A stretch of DNA of 64,000 nt from Camelus ferus (taxonomy: Eukaryota). Where the stretch lies: positions 68,572,001 to 68,636,000 of the forward strand of contig NC_045699.1 of assembly GCF_009834535.1 (NCBI RefSeq), given 5' to 3'. The position numbers and the translations under genes are program-made. Position 1 is the stretch's first letter, and each line of letters opens with the position of its first letter. The notes under the pieces are model-generated. The model did no database searches. It was not told the origin of the DNA and was given only the letters and a program-made list of their open reading frames with translations. Shown here in pieces: positions 9,329 through 23,519 of the stretch.

Positions 9329-12300
9329 GTGGGCGAGGAGCAGACAGCAGGGGGAAAGCACATCTTTTCCCAGTCCCTTTCCCCACTTCCCATAGCTGTG
9401 CCCCAGACTTTTTCTTCTCAGGGATCACTTCCAGAGACCCCCAACCACTCCTCCCACACTCCTCCCTGTCAGAATCTCCCCTTCCTTGAGGATCCCTAAC
9501 CTGATCCTGGGAGTATTATCTGCCCCCTTCCCAACCGAATCCAGTCCCGTTCACTCCTACTTCACATCTGTTCCTCCTCTCACACCCCCACACTACCCCT
9601 TTCCTCCCAAAGCGGACTCTAGGTCCAATCAGCCTTTTTCGCTCGGATTCCTCTCCAGGACTCAACCAGGACTTTCCAAAAGTTGCCGCGGGGCCTTCCG
9701 ATCCCCTGTGAGTATGCCTGTGCGTCCCTCGACCCCCTCTCCCCGCCCCGTAAGCCACTGCTGCTCCTGGCCCACCCTCTTCTCCATCCCCAACGGCAGC
9801 TGACCCACCCCCAGCCCTCTTCAAGTTCTTCCCCTAGCTGACCTTATTCTGCTAAGAAACTCCAGGTCATTTCTCAGTCCTTCCCTTCCTATTCCTCCAG
9901 CCCCCAAGCTTCAAAGAAGAAGCAGTGCCCTGTCCTTTTCAGTGGTACCCCAGGCTTTCCAAATGGGCTGTGTCTCTCCTCCTTCCTGACAGCACCGCAG
10001 GTGGTTGGTTTTGTTTTTTTCACACCACAGTCCCTCCCTCACCCAATCCACCCACATGGAAACCACTCTCATTCCCTCAAACACCTGTGTTCTCTGCTGC
10101 CTTTGGGCATTTGGATACACTGTCCCCTGTCTGGAATACTTTCCTTTCAGCTTTTTGCCAAACTGATGCCTACTCATCCTTTAAAGTTGAGCTTCCTCAG
10201 AAAAGTCTCACCTCCACTTCTGGCACCGGCCTGTTGCTCTGTTTGATACTCTCTTAGCCCACTGTACTTCAACATCAAAGCACTTTCAGACTGGTAGTTA
10301 GTTGCTTGGTTATTTGTCATTCACTCATTCATCTGACAAATTCATTTGAAATAGTGCCTACTCTGTGCCATGTACTGTTGTAGACACAGGGCAGTTAGCA
10401 GTGAATAAGACAAAGTCTCTCCCTCATGGTAATTACACTCCAGTGGTACAAGGCCAACAATGGGAATAGTATTATTAGTGAAATGTGCAATATGTCAGGT
10501 GTGATAGATACTACAAAACATCAGGCCAAGAGGATAGTGCGTGAGTGAGGAGTGGCATTTTAAATGGAGCTGTCAGGGAAGGCCTTTCTGATGAAGTGGT
10601 GTGACCTGTGAGCAGAGTTTTAAGTGGAAGTATCTGGAGGAAGAGCGTAATTGTGGGATGTTTTATGTTTGGGACCAGGCTATACGTTCCATGACGGCAG
10701 GAGGCCAGACTTGACAACCCCCATTGCTGAACCCCTGGAGGCTTTGCCAGTGCCTGGCAGCTAGTGCTTACTCATGATTTGTTGAGTAACTGGTTAAAAG
10801 CCCCTGTTCGAAGAATAGGAACCACGTCTTCCTCCATCTCTTGTACCACAGTTGATACAACACACATTTCCTGTAGATTAGCAGTGTACCAGGCACTGGC
10901 CTGCACAGCTTTTAGACACAGAAAGGACAAAGATGAACTGTAGCCCCAGGGAAGGGTTTTGCTACCCAATGAGATTATAAACCCAGTGACATCCTAAACT
11001 TGAGAGGTGAATCCAAGAATTAGACCTGAGGTGGATTCTCTGGGGTCAGATTGGGGACCAGGATGGGCCCTTTAGTTACAGTTGGGTTTGGCTGGGAGTA
11101 AAAGAAAACCCCAAATAATGGTGGCTTAAACAATCATCAGGGACCCATGTCTGTATCTTGTTCTAGCACATCTTCAGTGTGGCTTCTCCCTTATTATCCA
11201 AGATACCATTCAACTCCAGCATCCCTCCAACCCAGCAGGAAGAAGGAAGGCCAGACAAAGGCATGCCCTCTCCCTGGCAGGATGATTCCCAGATATTGCG
11301 TAGACCATTTCTGATTAAGTTCCACTATAACTTAGTTATGGCACCACATCTAATTCCAAGGGAAGCTGGGAAATGTAGTCTTATTCTGGGGTAGAGGATG
11401 TCTATTACCAACCAGAAGCAGGGAGTGGATACAAGGGGACAACTTACAGTTTCTGAATTGCGGATAGTTGGTCAGTCCAGCTAATGACTTTTTGTGCCTC
11501 TCAGCGGCCATCTCCCAAGTCTGGCCAGGCTGATGGGGCCAGTGAGGATTCTCTGCACCTTGACATTCAGAAGCTGAAGGAGAAGAGGGACATGCTAGAC
11601 AAGGAGATCTCCCAACTAACATCTGAGTAAGTCTCATTGGATTCCTCAGTGTGCTTGAGATAACTTTTAACTTTTAACTAGTTACTGTCACTGATACCTA
11701 GCTTAGCATAAAAACAGGACTGTGACGTTGGAGTCTGGGTATCTCAGCAACCGTCTCAGATAGGGTGCGGTCAGGCTCAGGAGGACCAGGAACCAGGAAC
11801 TGGATAGCTGTGGCTTTCCCAGTCTCTTTGTGTGGCTCGCCTTCTCTGCCTGTGCTTCTCTCTGCCCACAGGCTCCGTCCTCTCCCTGCAGGTGGAGTTT
11901 TCAGTGCCCCAGGGAAGCTAACTCTTCTGCAGCTCCTGGGTTTTCCCATGCCCCTCGCTCCAGCCACATGGCACAGACTGAGCAGCACTTGAATATACAT
12001 TTCACACTTGAGGGGACCTGACTAGCCACTTGTGTGCTGATCTGTGAGTCATTCGGCTGTGACCAGGGTTACATAGTGCCAGTGTGGCAGGGACCCCTCC
12101 TGAGGGTATAGGGAGCATTTAGTAGTGAGGGAGTGGGCAGATCCCCGGCCCTTCCTTAAGTGCATGAGGGCAGGGTCTGTCGTGGCATCACTGTATCCCC
12201 AGTGCTAAGCGCCTAGTAGGCCCTGAGTGAACATTGGTTAAATAGATGCTTCATTACTGCTGAACGTTGGAGCCTCACCAGCTTTCTTAACGATTCTCTC

Positions 12301-13925
12301 TCTCCATCTCTTACCCTAGAGGCTACAGTGTGGATGAACTGGAGGACCACATCTCCCAGCTCCACGAGTATAATGACATCAAGGACGTAGGCCAGATGCT
12401 GCTGGGCAAACTGGGTGAGCAGCAGGACTCCTGAGGAGCGCCCAGGGCCTGCAGGGAGGCCCCACATCCCAGGAGTGGTTGGATTTTGCTCCTGGGCCTT
12501 GTAATTTGCCAACTCCCCTACTGTTCCCAGCTGCCACGCTCCCTGAATGCCCCTGCCTTCTCTGGCCACCTAGCAAAGCAGCTGCACAGCTCTTCCCTGG
12601 GTCCCTTAGGTTGTATTCCCTTGAGTATAGAGCCTGCTTTGGGGCCACAGGCTGTTTTGAGCCTGGGCTCGCCTGCCTGCCTGAGGACAAGGGAGCGCAG
12701 TCTTCTGGGGCCTCCTTAGACCAACGGAGGCCCCACCCTTGCCTCAAGTGGCCAATGTGCTGCAGAGGCAGAAAGCACAAGGGTGACTCTGTGACTTAAA
12801 GGAGTATTTTGTTCCTCCTTGACACAGTCTCGCTATCCAGAGGGCTGAGCCAAGGCACAGACACACTGACCATTTGGGACAGTGCTCAGAGCTGGGCTGT
12901 CTGCCTGAGTTGTAGTACTTGCTGTAGAATTGCCCATCAGCATCCAGGATGCCACAGCAGGAAAGGCTTCTCCCTGTTTCCATGGGGAGTGGGTCCCAAA
13001 GGAGGGAAGGGAGAAAGCAGAAGGAGGGAAACAGAGGTGAAGACAGGAGGAGGATCAGGGCCCAAGGAGAAAGGAATGTGAGGGGACTTTGAGGTTAAGA
13101 GAAATAAGCTCCTATTAGACAGAACCCAGCTCGAGACCTGTCCTTCCAGGTTGTAGGACCCAGAGCAGGCGGCCCATCGTCTTTCATTCACCCAGTGACT
13201 ATTTCCTACTCTGTGCTGCTTTACAGGGCATGGGGACACTTTGGTGAACCAGACACTTACAGGTCTCTGTTCTCCTGCGACTTATGTTTTGGTGTTGGGG
13301 TGGGGGAGGGGAATGGTCAAGAAGGGTAAAGAAACACAAATGAATGAATTATAAAATGTGTTAAGTGTCGTAAAGGATACAAAGGACAGAAATGGAAAAT
13401 ATTGAGGCCTGAACAGGGTGGCAGGTGGGGATGAGAGAAGGGGATCAGGGAACGCCTCTGAGGAGAGCCCTTCCCGCGGGAGGAAAGCAGAGTCTTGGAG
13501 GAAGCAGGAGGGATGGCTTCACCTAGCGGCAGGGCGCCCCTGCACCAGGGTTTGCAGCTGGCTGCGGATACTACATAAATGTAAATTTATATTTTCAGCA
13601 CATGACTCATGCCGCTCTGTGTGAAGAAAGGACTCTAGGGGAGCTTTGTTTGCCTCCTCTGCAAAGTGGGTGAAGTTTAAGTGAGTCTCATGGACCGGGC
13701 CCCCAGTGAAGGGACCTGGAACAAGTAGCAGCAGGATTTTCTTGGCCAACTAGGGCAGCAAGAAGAAGGGGCCGGGTGGGTCCCAGGAGGGCCGGGGCTT
13801 TGGCCATTCTCCCTCCTACTTCTCCCATGGGACATTTATCCTTCCTTCCTTCCTTTTCAGCCATGATCCGAGGTGTCACCACCAAAGAGTTGTATCCAGA
13901 ATTTGGCCTGGACGTGAATGACTGA
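9267..13925 (+). CDS. SWI5: SWI5 homologous recombination repair protein, multi-exon CDS (130 aa, probable CUG start)
   Basis: Exons 9267-9328, 9659-9707, 11505-11626, 12320-12414 and 13861-13925 total 393 nt in frame. C-terminal Swi5 domain DIQKLKEK...LHEYNDIKDVGQMLLGKLAMIRGVTTKELYPEFGLDVND*. Confidence 0.9.
9659..9707 (+). CDS. SWI5: SWI5 coding exon 2
   Basis: ctccag|GACTCA...TCCCCT|gtgagt; TQPGLSKSCRGAFRSP. Confidence 0.85.
10050..10680. mobile_element. L2 LINE 3' fragments
   Basis: tcattcactcattcatctgacaaat...cagtgaataagacaaagtc...gtcagggaaggcctttctga; boundaries approximate. Confidence 0.6.
11075..11400. mobile_element. Old MaLR (MLT1-type) LTR fragment
   Basis: aaaccccaaataatggtggcttaaacaa...aagggaagctgggaaatgtagtctt resembles MLT1J/K ends as recalled. 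Confidence 0.5.
11505..11626 (+). CDS. SWI5: SWI5 coding exon 3
   Basis: tctcag|CGGCCA...TCTGA|gtaagt; RPSPKSGQADGASEDSLHLDIQKLKEKRDMLDKEISQLTSE. Confidence 0.95.
12320..12414 (+). CDS. SWI5: SWI5 coding exon 4
   Basis: ccctag|AGGCTA...AACTGG|gtgagc; GYSVDELEDHISQLHEYNDIKDVGQMLLGKL. Confidence 0.95.
13861..13925 (+). CDS. SWI5: SWI5 coding exon 5 (stop)
   Basis: tttcag|CCATGATC...GACTGA; (A)MIRGVTTKELYPEFGLDVND*. Confidence 0.95.
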
Positions 13926-14010
13926 GCAGAGGCTCACAGCCCCTTGTCCATGGCCCACAGCTCCGAGGTTCCTGAAATGTCCCGGTGATGCCTGTGTATG
14001 TGTATGTGTA

Positions 14011-14016
14011 AATAAA
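14011..14016 (+). promoter_or_regulatory. SWI5 polyadenylation signal AATAAA
   Basis: Canonical hexamer 85 nt after the SWI5 stop codon. Confidence 0.75.
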
Positions 14017-14026
14017 CATGAGTGAT

Positions 14027-15601
<1,575 letters not shown>

Positions 15602-15699
15602 TATGAGTGATCTTGGTGTAAATCTGTACACTGATTCTCCTCTGATAGCCCCCTGATCCCATCCTGGAAAGAGAGCCCACCTTGGAAAACAGCAAGCTG

Positions 15700-15890
15700 C
15701 CATGTGCCAGGCACTGTGCTAAGTGCCTTAAACCCATGATCTCTACTACTTAAACCCCATCCTAGGAGGACTTAGTATAACTATCCCCATTTTATAGATG
15801 AGGAAACTGGGGCTCAGAGAGGCACAGTGACTTGCCCAAGATCACACAGCCAGTAAGTGGCAGAGCAGGGATTTGAGCCCAAGTCTTTAT
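15700..15890. mobile_element. MIR SINE
   Basis: ccccatttatagatgaggaaactggggctcagagaggcacagtgacttgcccaagatcacacagccagtaagtggcagag. Confidence 0.75.
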
Positions 15891-17665
15891 CTGAAGCTTA
15901 TGGTGTGCAAAACTGCCTTTATGGCCTGGGGAACAAGTGGCTAAGAGCTGAGAGTGAAACAGCAATTTTGGGAGGAATTCTTCTCTTGTAAATTGATCTC
16001 CAGGGTCAAGGTTCCAGTCCCCAGTTGTAATCCTCTGCCAGGCACAGGTGAGCTGTTGTCATTTCTTCACTGCACATTGCTCCTCATGAACAGCTATAGC
16101 TGGCAGACATGCAACCTGCGTGTTGCAACAGCTCAGTGCAATCCAGAATAGCAGGAATTACCCAGCCCTGCTAAGTATCCTGACCATGCCAGCGTCCCTC
16201 TGCCCTGTCCCTGCTGGACATTCTCATAAGATTTCAGATGTGATAGCAGTGTTTGGGGACAGGCTGTTATAAGTATAGTTTCTAAAAAACCAGCCATGCG
16301 AGTTAGGTCTGGGTTTGAGTTCCAGCTCGGCCCACTTACAAGCTGTGTGACCATGGGCAGCCGGCTTAGCCTCTCTGTAAATAGGAATGACAGTAGTACT
16401 GTGTGTATTGGGACAATTTACGTTAGCTGCCTCAGCGACTCCCAAACCTCCATGGCTGAACACGATAAAGGTGTCTCTGTCTTATAGTCTGATGAGGGTC
16501 TGGAAGCCCTCATACGTTTTGGAGATTAATTGCTGGAACCCTCAGTGGAGGAAGGGAAGAGATGGAGAAGATATATCAACTCTGAACTGACTCTCCCCAA
16601 ATGGGCAGACGTCACTTCCACTCACAGACAACTGTCCATTATTAGTCATGTGGCCCAAACTGACTGATAGCAGCTGGGAAATAAGGGTGAGCTCCTGGGT
16701 ATTTGATGGGGACGAGCTGCTGTCTCAACCATGAGTACCTAGCTCTAAAGAGTGCTTCAAGGATTTGGTGAGCATTCACCTAGGACCCAATGCCTGGGAA
16801 CGTTAGTCCCGCTGGACAGCAACTCATAGTCCTCAGTGGATGGCAGGACCCTGGCCCACACTCCAGTCCTGTTCCAGACTGCAGACTGTTGGTTCCTCTT
16901 GCCTCCCACCACACAGAATGGAGCTGGGAGCCATGGTCTCTGGGGCTCTGCTACACAGTGCTTCTCTGTCAGCAGGAAGACGGGGAACTAAGAAGTGATG
17001 ACCACGCAGTATGATAAAAGGCTGTCGTGGGGTTATAGGAGCACCTTTGAGTAGCATCCAATTCGGGACACTAGGGAAATTTGCCGGAAGAAGAGACATC
17101 GATGTCTGTACAATAAAAGGAGTCAGCCAGACAAGAATGGGGAAGTAATATTCCAGGGGGAAACAGCATTTGCAAAGGCCCCGAGGCCGAGAACTCAGTG
17201 GGCCCAGGACACTAAGAGTAGTTAGGAATGGAGAGTCTTCCAACTCTGCATTTTGGGCCAATCTTTCATTTTTGCCCCCGGGGGGATGGGTACAGTTTTA
17301 TTTTCTACAACTCACACATTTTATGATTTAACTCTTATGATTCAAACAAATCAAAGACATTAAAAGCAGACATATAGGGAAAAAATAACAAAGGGAAATG
17401 CACCAAAATAATACTCATGCTTATTCAAGATGGTAGGATTATTGGTGGTTTTCCCCACTTTCCTATGTAGTGTGCAATGTATCATACTGCTGTCCATGCA
17501 GCAATTGTAGGACCTCGTCTCCACACCTCCACCGCCTCAACTCAGTTCTCAGTCTAGCTAGTTAATGTTGACCTTCCTGTAGTTAATCATTTCTTTCTTT
17601 TATTTTCTTTATCTCTCCCACCCTGTTTTGGTATCTAATTTCAAACCCTTTGAAAAGAAAACCTT

Positions 17666-17784
17666 AGGAGGGGAAGTAATCAAGTTTATTCATTTACTTA
17701 TGTTTAGAGGAGGTAGTGGGGACTTGAACCCAGGACCTCATGCATGTTTAGTATGTGCTCTATCACTTGAGCTATACCCTCCCC
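17666..17784 (-). mobile_element. Camelid tRNA-derived SINE (older, diverged copy)
   Basis: Reverse complement of ggggagggtatagctcaagtgatagagcacatact...gggttcaagtcccc with the family tail. Confidence 0.85.
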
Positions 17785-20700
17785 TCTTCTAAGTTCAAAT
17801 CTTATAGCAAGATACCCTTCCCTCTTTTCTTTAATGCTGTACTAGTAATTTTGCTTAACTCTAACCTTATCCTCAACCCTAATTCCAAATGTTGCTAGAA
17901 AGCAAGCACACTTCTCACTTGTTCCTTAAAAGCCTCTTTACAAATTACAGACCTCTTGTAACCATATGCTTGTATTCTGACGGTCGCCCTGAGATGTATT
18001 TCTTCTGGAAGGTAACAAAAGGAGCTAAGGTAGATTCCAGGTTCTTAAGTTGAGAATGAATACACTGCCTGTGCTCGAAAGACTTTTGCATTTTGGGCCA
18101 ATTTTAGGGTACCCCAGGAGGATGTTGGGAAAACATCACCTGGGTCCGTTTCCCTCTCTGTGAGGTCTGCTCTCCCAGGTGTCATGATGGGAGGATGCCA
18201 TGCGGGGGCAGTGTCTGCTCAGAGATGCACCCAATTGCCAGGGATGCTGATCCTGGGAGAGCCTTGCTGGGAAGGTCCTGGTCTGCCAAGCCACTGGCCA
18301 AAGACAAGATCCTCCGAGTGCCCCACATAGAAGAGGGGGCTCTTTCTGGCAGCACCCCTCCAGGAGTCTGAAGTGACCCCCCCCCCAGGCAGTAAGGAGC
18401 CAACAGGTTGTGAGATGTGGACAGTGGCGTGTCATTGCTCAGGGTGTGCCCCGATGGTGCTGGAAAGCAGGTTGCCAAGGGCAACTGACACTGTGAGTAC
18501 AGGAGCATTGTGTCATCACATCCGGTGTAAACCTTGCTTGGAAATATTTATCATCTGGCACATACTGGAGTTCAAAACTAACGAAATACAACCTATATTC
18601 TCATCCCTGAGAGCTAAAAGAGGTCATTTCTAGGCAGCCTGACCTCACCAAGGCAGTGTCACCAAATAGCATCCCACTTCAGCTTTGCTCTGAAGAGGAA
18701 ACTTTGGGGAAGGAGGGAGGGGAGAAAGGGGTCCTCTGTAATGGGGGAAGTGTGCTCACAGGGCCCCCAGCCCTGATACCTGGAGGCATTGTGATGAAAC
18801 TGCCAGTTACTATAAGGCAGGCAGGGAACCAGGTGAAAGGTGACAATCACCACCCCAACCAGTCACAAGCCAAAGGTTTTCCCAGAGAAGGGTTGATGGC
18901 AGTAATAACTAACATTTATGAAACCCTGTGGGTCAGCAGGGAGAAGAGCGCTTCGCGTACAGTACCTCCCTGACACCTGCCAGTCACAGTGTGGGTAGGT
19001 GGAGGAGCCTCATTTCCAAACTGAGGCTCAGAAGGGAGGAGTGACCTGCTCAACATCACAGTTTCAATAAACAGTTGAGCTGTCTGACTCCAGAGCCTGG
19101 CTGAAGGTGTGCTGTCCTCCGCCGCCAAGGCTCAGCCCTCTCGAGTCTCTCACCGAAGGTCATGCATTAATAAAAGGAGTCAGAACTTGAACCCAGAACT
19201 CTCTAAGCCTTTAAGCCTAAGGTCTTAGGCACAAATCTCTGATGTACCTCTTAGAAGATGTACCTACCCAAGGCCCTGACAGAGGGGCCAGGCTAGTGGC
19301 CAGAAATGAAAGCTTTGGCCTTGAGTTTGGCCTTGGCCCCTTTCTCCTAATTCCTCTGAGCAGGAGGCTTTGCTCCCTTTCCAGGGAGCCTTTCATTCTC
19401 AAGATCAGGAACTCTGAACAGGAGCAGATCCTCTCCGGGCCTTTAGCTCCCTGAGCCTCTCGTGTTCATCCCAGAATCCCAGAGGATCTCAGCGGCAATG
19501 ATAACCATATCAGCAAACACTGGGAGCACAAGCCCTGTGCCAGCCCCTACCCTAGTGCTCAGCATGTGTTCCTAATGGCGGCCCCAAAAGGTATGTGCTT
19601 ATCCCCATTTTCCAGATGAGGCAAGTGAAGCTCAGAGACATCAAGCCACTTCCCCAAGGAAACAAAGCTAGGTTGCAGACTCAGAGGTTGAAGATTCCAC
19701 AATTATGCTCTTGAAAGGCCAGGTAATAATTTCCAAACCTCTAAGTATATCACAATTACTGGAGAAGGTTTTTAAAAATAAAGGTTTGAGGCTCTAACTT
19801 CTTCCTAGGGATTCTGATTTGGCAGACCTGAGGGAGGCCTGTATTTTTTTAACAAGCTCCCCAGGTGATCTTGATATCTGGCCTCTCCAGTGAGTGTTCC
19901 TGGATAGTTGACAAACCACTTCTAACCGCCAGTAATAACGTCCAGTTGAATTCTCCCTCCAAACAGCTATCTTCAAATCCATCTGCAGAGCCACTGGACC
20001 CTAAGAGCCAGCTCTGGGTCAGACCCAGGTGGGATTTTTATCTGGCTTCTGCCCAGAGCCCTCTCTCAGGTCCAGGCATTTGTTAGCTCTGCCCCTGAAC
20101 TGGACCTGCTGCTCCACCCTCCACCTGGCACCAGCAGACCTGCCCAGCTGGTTTGCCAGGGAGGAGCTCAGCCTGTTTTGCCATCTTAGGGCTCTTCTCG
20201 CTTCTGATTTACTAGGGGCACAGAAGTACCTGCAAGACTTGGAGGAAGTGGGACCACATGGAGAAGAATGTTGGGAAGGGAGTCACTTTGACTGAAAGCT
20301 GCTTTGCAGACCACAAGGGGGCTGAAAGGCCCCAGGACAGCCCACCACCCCATCCATCACACCCAGCCACCCACCTGATGTTTGTTTCTCTTAGTCAACC
20401 ACCCCCAGAAGCACCCGGATCCAAGTCTCACTCAGACAGGAACTACTCTTGAGTGACTAATGTCAGTCCCTCCTGTTACCCAGCCTACCCGCAGATGAGT
20501 TCCCCGTCTGACTGGGATATTGCAGAGGAAATCAGATGATGATACAGTGGTGGGAATGGGTTTTTGTTTTTCATTCTGTGGCCAATCAGAGCTAAAGCTC
20601 AGCTGGCCATGCTGTGTATAAACAGATGCAGGAGGCTGGGCTGGTGGCTGGACCATCCCAGACCTCAGTTTTTTCCATGTCTATAAAGTAAGTACAATGA

Positions 20701-21039
20701 TACCTGCTGTGGTCACTTCACATGCGATCACAGATATAAAAGCTGGTTTAATGACTGTGATGAAGTAGGCCAATGTCAGGTCATTGTTATGATGATACAT
20801 TTGTGTGTTTTAAGCATATTCCTGGCTCCCTGGGAATGCAGGGTCCTTATGGCTTAGGTGGGGCCTTACTGAGCTAACATTCTTGGCGCAATAGGATGGG
20901 GGAGGGGTGCAGAGAGGAGGGCTGGGACAGAGTAAGAAAGCGAGGAGTCCAGGGAAGGAGGGTGGGCTGCGGAATCTAAGAAAACTCTTACCTTGAAAGC
21001 TGCGGTTATCTGGACATTGATTTTCATTCACTGATTCAT

Positions 21040-22480
21040 TCAACAAGTATTCAGCCACTGTCCTAACCCCTGGGGATGCAATAGTAAAGAGAATAGACAA
21101 ATATCCCTTCTAAGGTAGGGGAGACAGACAATAAAGCAAATTAAAATAAATCATTCTTTAGATGGTGATAAGTGCCGGGAAAAGGGAAGGGAACCAAAGC
21201 TTATAAAATTTGGGCCTCTCTTCCCTGCCCATCAAATATATATTGACTGAATTCAAACTTAGGTCCTGGGCCTAGGAAGGGGCTCACTCTGGAGCAGTTT
21301 TAAATAGGGTGGGAAGCTGTCAGAAGAGGGGAGACCACTGCGGGGCTGGGGGGGTGGGACCCGCAGCAGAGAGGCCCTGAGGCAGGAGTGTTTGAGAAAA
21401 AGTGTAGAAGACAATGTGGACTCAGAGGGGCCATCAAGGAAGAGAGCAGAATGAGATGGGAAAATAGAAGAAATGGGGAGCAGTTTATGAGGGCCCTCTA
21501 AGCCATAGTAAGGACTTTGGTTTCTATTCTAGGTGAAATGGGATGGGTTTTGAGCATAAAAGTGACAAGAGCTGACTTGCAGTTTTTAAAAATGCCTCTA
21601 TCCACTGGGTGGAGTGGAGGGGCAAGGGTGGACACAGGTGAATGGTGAGAAGTGGTCAGATTCTGAAAAGAACAGTATTGTGAAGGTAGAACAAACAGAA
21701 TTTGCTGATGGGTTAGATATGAGGTGTAGGGAAATGGGGCCTGTAGAATTTTGGCCTGAGTGACTGGAAGGGTAGAGTTGTGATTTACTGGACTGGGAAC
21801 GTCTGGGAAAAAACAGGTATAGAGGAAGATAAGGAGTCAGGCTGGGGATCTGTTAGGTTGGAGACGCCAGCTCAAAGCAGAAGAAGAAATGTCAAAGGAC
21901 AGATATTTGGGGACGGAATTCATGGGCAAGGTCAAGGTGAGAGGGGGTATGAACATGGGCTCCAGCAGTGTGACAGGTTGTTTTGGTTTGGTTTTTTTTT
22001 TACATTTTTTTATTGAGTTATAGTCATTTTACAATGTTGTATCGAAGGCAGTGTGACAGGTTGATGGTATTCAAGTCCTGTGATTTTAGACTGACATCCC
22101 CAAGGAGTGGGTAGGGACAGAGAGAAGAGCTGGCTGGAGCTTGTGGACGCCAAGGAGGAAAGCTGGGGAGGAGGGACTCCAGCAAGGAGGCTGAGAAGGA
22201 GCCAGGGAGGGAGGAGGAGACAGTTCCAGGAGGAGGCGGGACCGGCTGTGTCAGATGCTGCTAAGAAGGAGCCGCTGGATTTAAAGAGGAGGAGGTCATC
22301 ACTGACCTGGGCAAGAGCGGCTCCTGGAGAGCTGTGTAGCGTGAATGTCTGATTAGGGAGGGCTCCAGGGCGCATGCGCTGAGAACTGGGGGCAGCGACT
22401 AGAGACAGGCTTCCCAGGAGTTCTGCTCTTAAAGGAGGCTGAGAAATGCAGGAACTAGAGAGAGATGGGAGGTTGAGAAA
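21040..22480. mobile_element. Long degraded L2 LINE
   Basis: gccatagtaaggactttggtttctattct..., ggttagatatgagg..., gtgtagcgtgaatgtctgatt; boundaries approximate. Confidence 0.6.
21965..22063 (-). mobile_element. Extremely 5'-truncated L1 (about 67 bp) with a 16-bp TSD
   Basis: GCAGTGTGACAGGTTG at 21965-21980 and 22048-22063 flanks a T-tail plus tattgagttatagtcattttacaatgttgt (L1 3'-end-like). Confidence 0.75.
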
Positions 22481-22534
22481 GAGTTTGTATTCCTGTTTGG
22501 GGCTTTTGGAGGGTAAAAGACATATACAATTTAA

Positions 22535-22625
22535 AAATTTTTTTAATACATAATATATACACTATATATAATTTATATTTATTATATATGTTTATATATA
22601 CAATTTACATTATGTATGAAATATA
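22535..22625. repeat. AT-rich low-complexity (TA)n-like tract
   Basis: ttttaatacataatatatacactatatataatttatatttattatatatg; probably a decayed L1 tail. Confidence 0.7.
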
Positions 22626-23195
22626 CTTTTACCATTTTAACCATCATTAAGTGTACAGTTTAGTGACATTAAGTACGTTGTTGTGCGACTATCACCACCA
22701 TCCATCTCTCTAGCTCCNNNNNNNNNNNNNNNNNNNNNNNNNNNNNNNNNNNNNNNNNNNNNNNNNNNNNNNNNNNNNNNNNNNNNNNNNNNNNNNNNNN
22801 NNNNNNNNNNNNNNNNNNNNNNNNNNNNNNNNNNNNNNNNNNNNNNNNNNNNNNNNNNNNCTTCTTGTGAAAGGCTTGCTTCGCTGAGCATAATATCTTT
22901 AAGGTTCATCCATGTTGCAGCAGGTGTCAGCAACTCCCTCCTTTTTAATGCTTGAATAATATTCTATTGTGTGGATAGGCTATATTTTGCTTATCCATGC
23001 ATCTGTCGATAGACATTTGGATTTTTTCCCCCACCTTTTAGCTACGTGAATAATGTTGCTCTGAACATGGTTACACAAGTATCTGTTTGAAACTGCTTTC
23101 AGTTACCTTGGGTATATATCCAGAAGTGGAGTTGCTGGTGATTCTATGTGGTAATTCTATGTTTAATGTTTTGAGGACCTGCCGTACTGTTTTCT
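22620..23195 (-). mobile_element. L1M-type LINE 3' region (contains N gap 22718-22860)
   Basis: ttaagtgtacagtttagtgacattaagtac...ttcatccatgttgcag...gaagtggagttgctgg. Confidence 0.8.
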
Positions 23196-23519
23196 GTTTG
23201 TTTGCTTTCAAGATAGGGGATATAGTGGTGTGTTTGTACACTGATGAAATGATCAAATAAAACGGAAGAAACTGATGAAGCAAAAGAGAGGAGAGAATTG
23301 CCCCAGTAATGACATTGGGTCAGGAGAGAAGGTAGGATCTTGTGCACAACTGGAGGAAGCTTGGCTGTAGGCAGCAGCCCTGAATTTATCCTTAGTTACA
23401 GATTTTATGGATCTGGATGCAAGAAATGGGGATACACACAGTAGAGGGAGCTTATCCAAGTCTTCCGATTGCTTTAATTTTCTCAGTGAAATAGGAGGCA
23501 ACAATATATGTCAAAGAAA

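Larger units (their letters stand above)
8250..9330. promoter_or_regulatory. CpG island / bidirectional promoter of GOLGA2 and SWI5
   Basis: High GC and CpG density; reverse CCAAT box (ccattggtc, 9022-9030); GC box GGGGCGGGGC near 9149-9158; divergent starts on either side. Boundaries approximate. Confidence 0.85.

Noticed and set aside
20575-20595. Isolated CCAAT box (ggccaatcagag) in intergenic DNA
   Set aside because: No CpG island, exon or other promoter evidence nearby.
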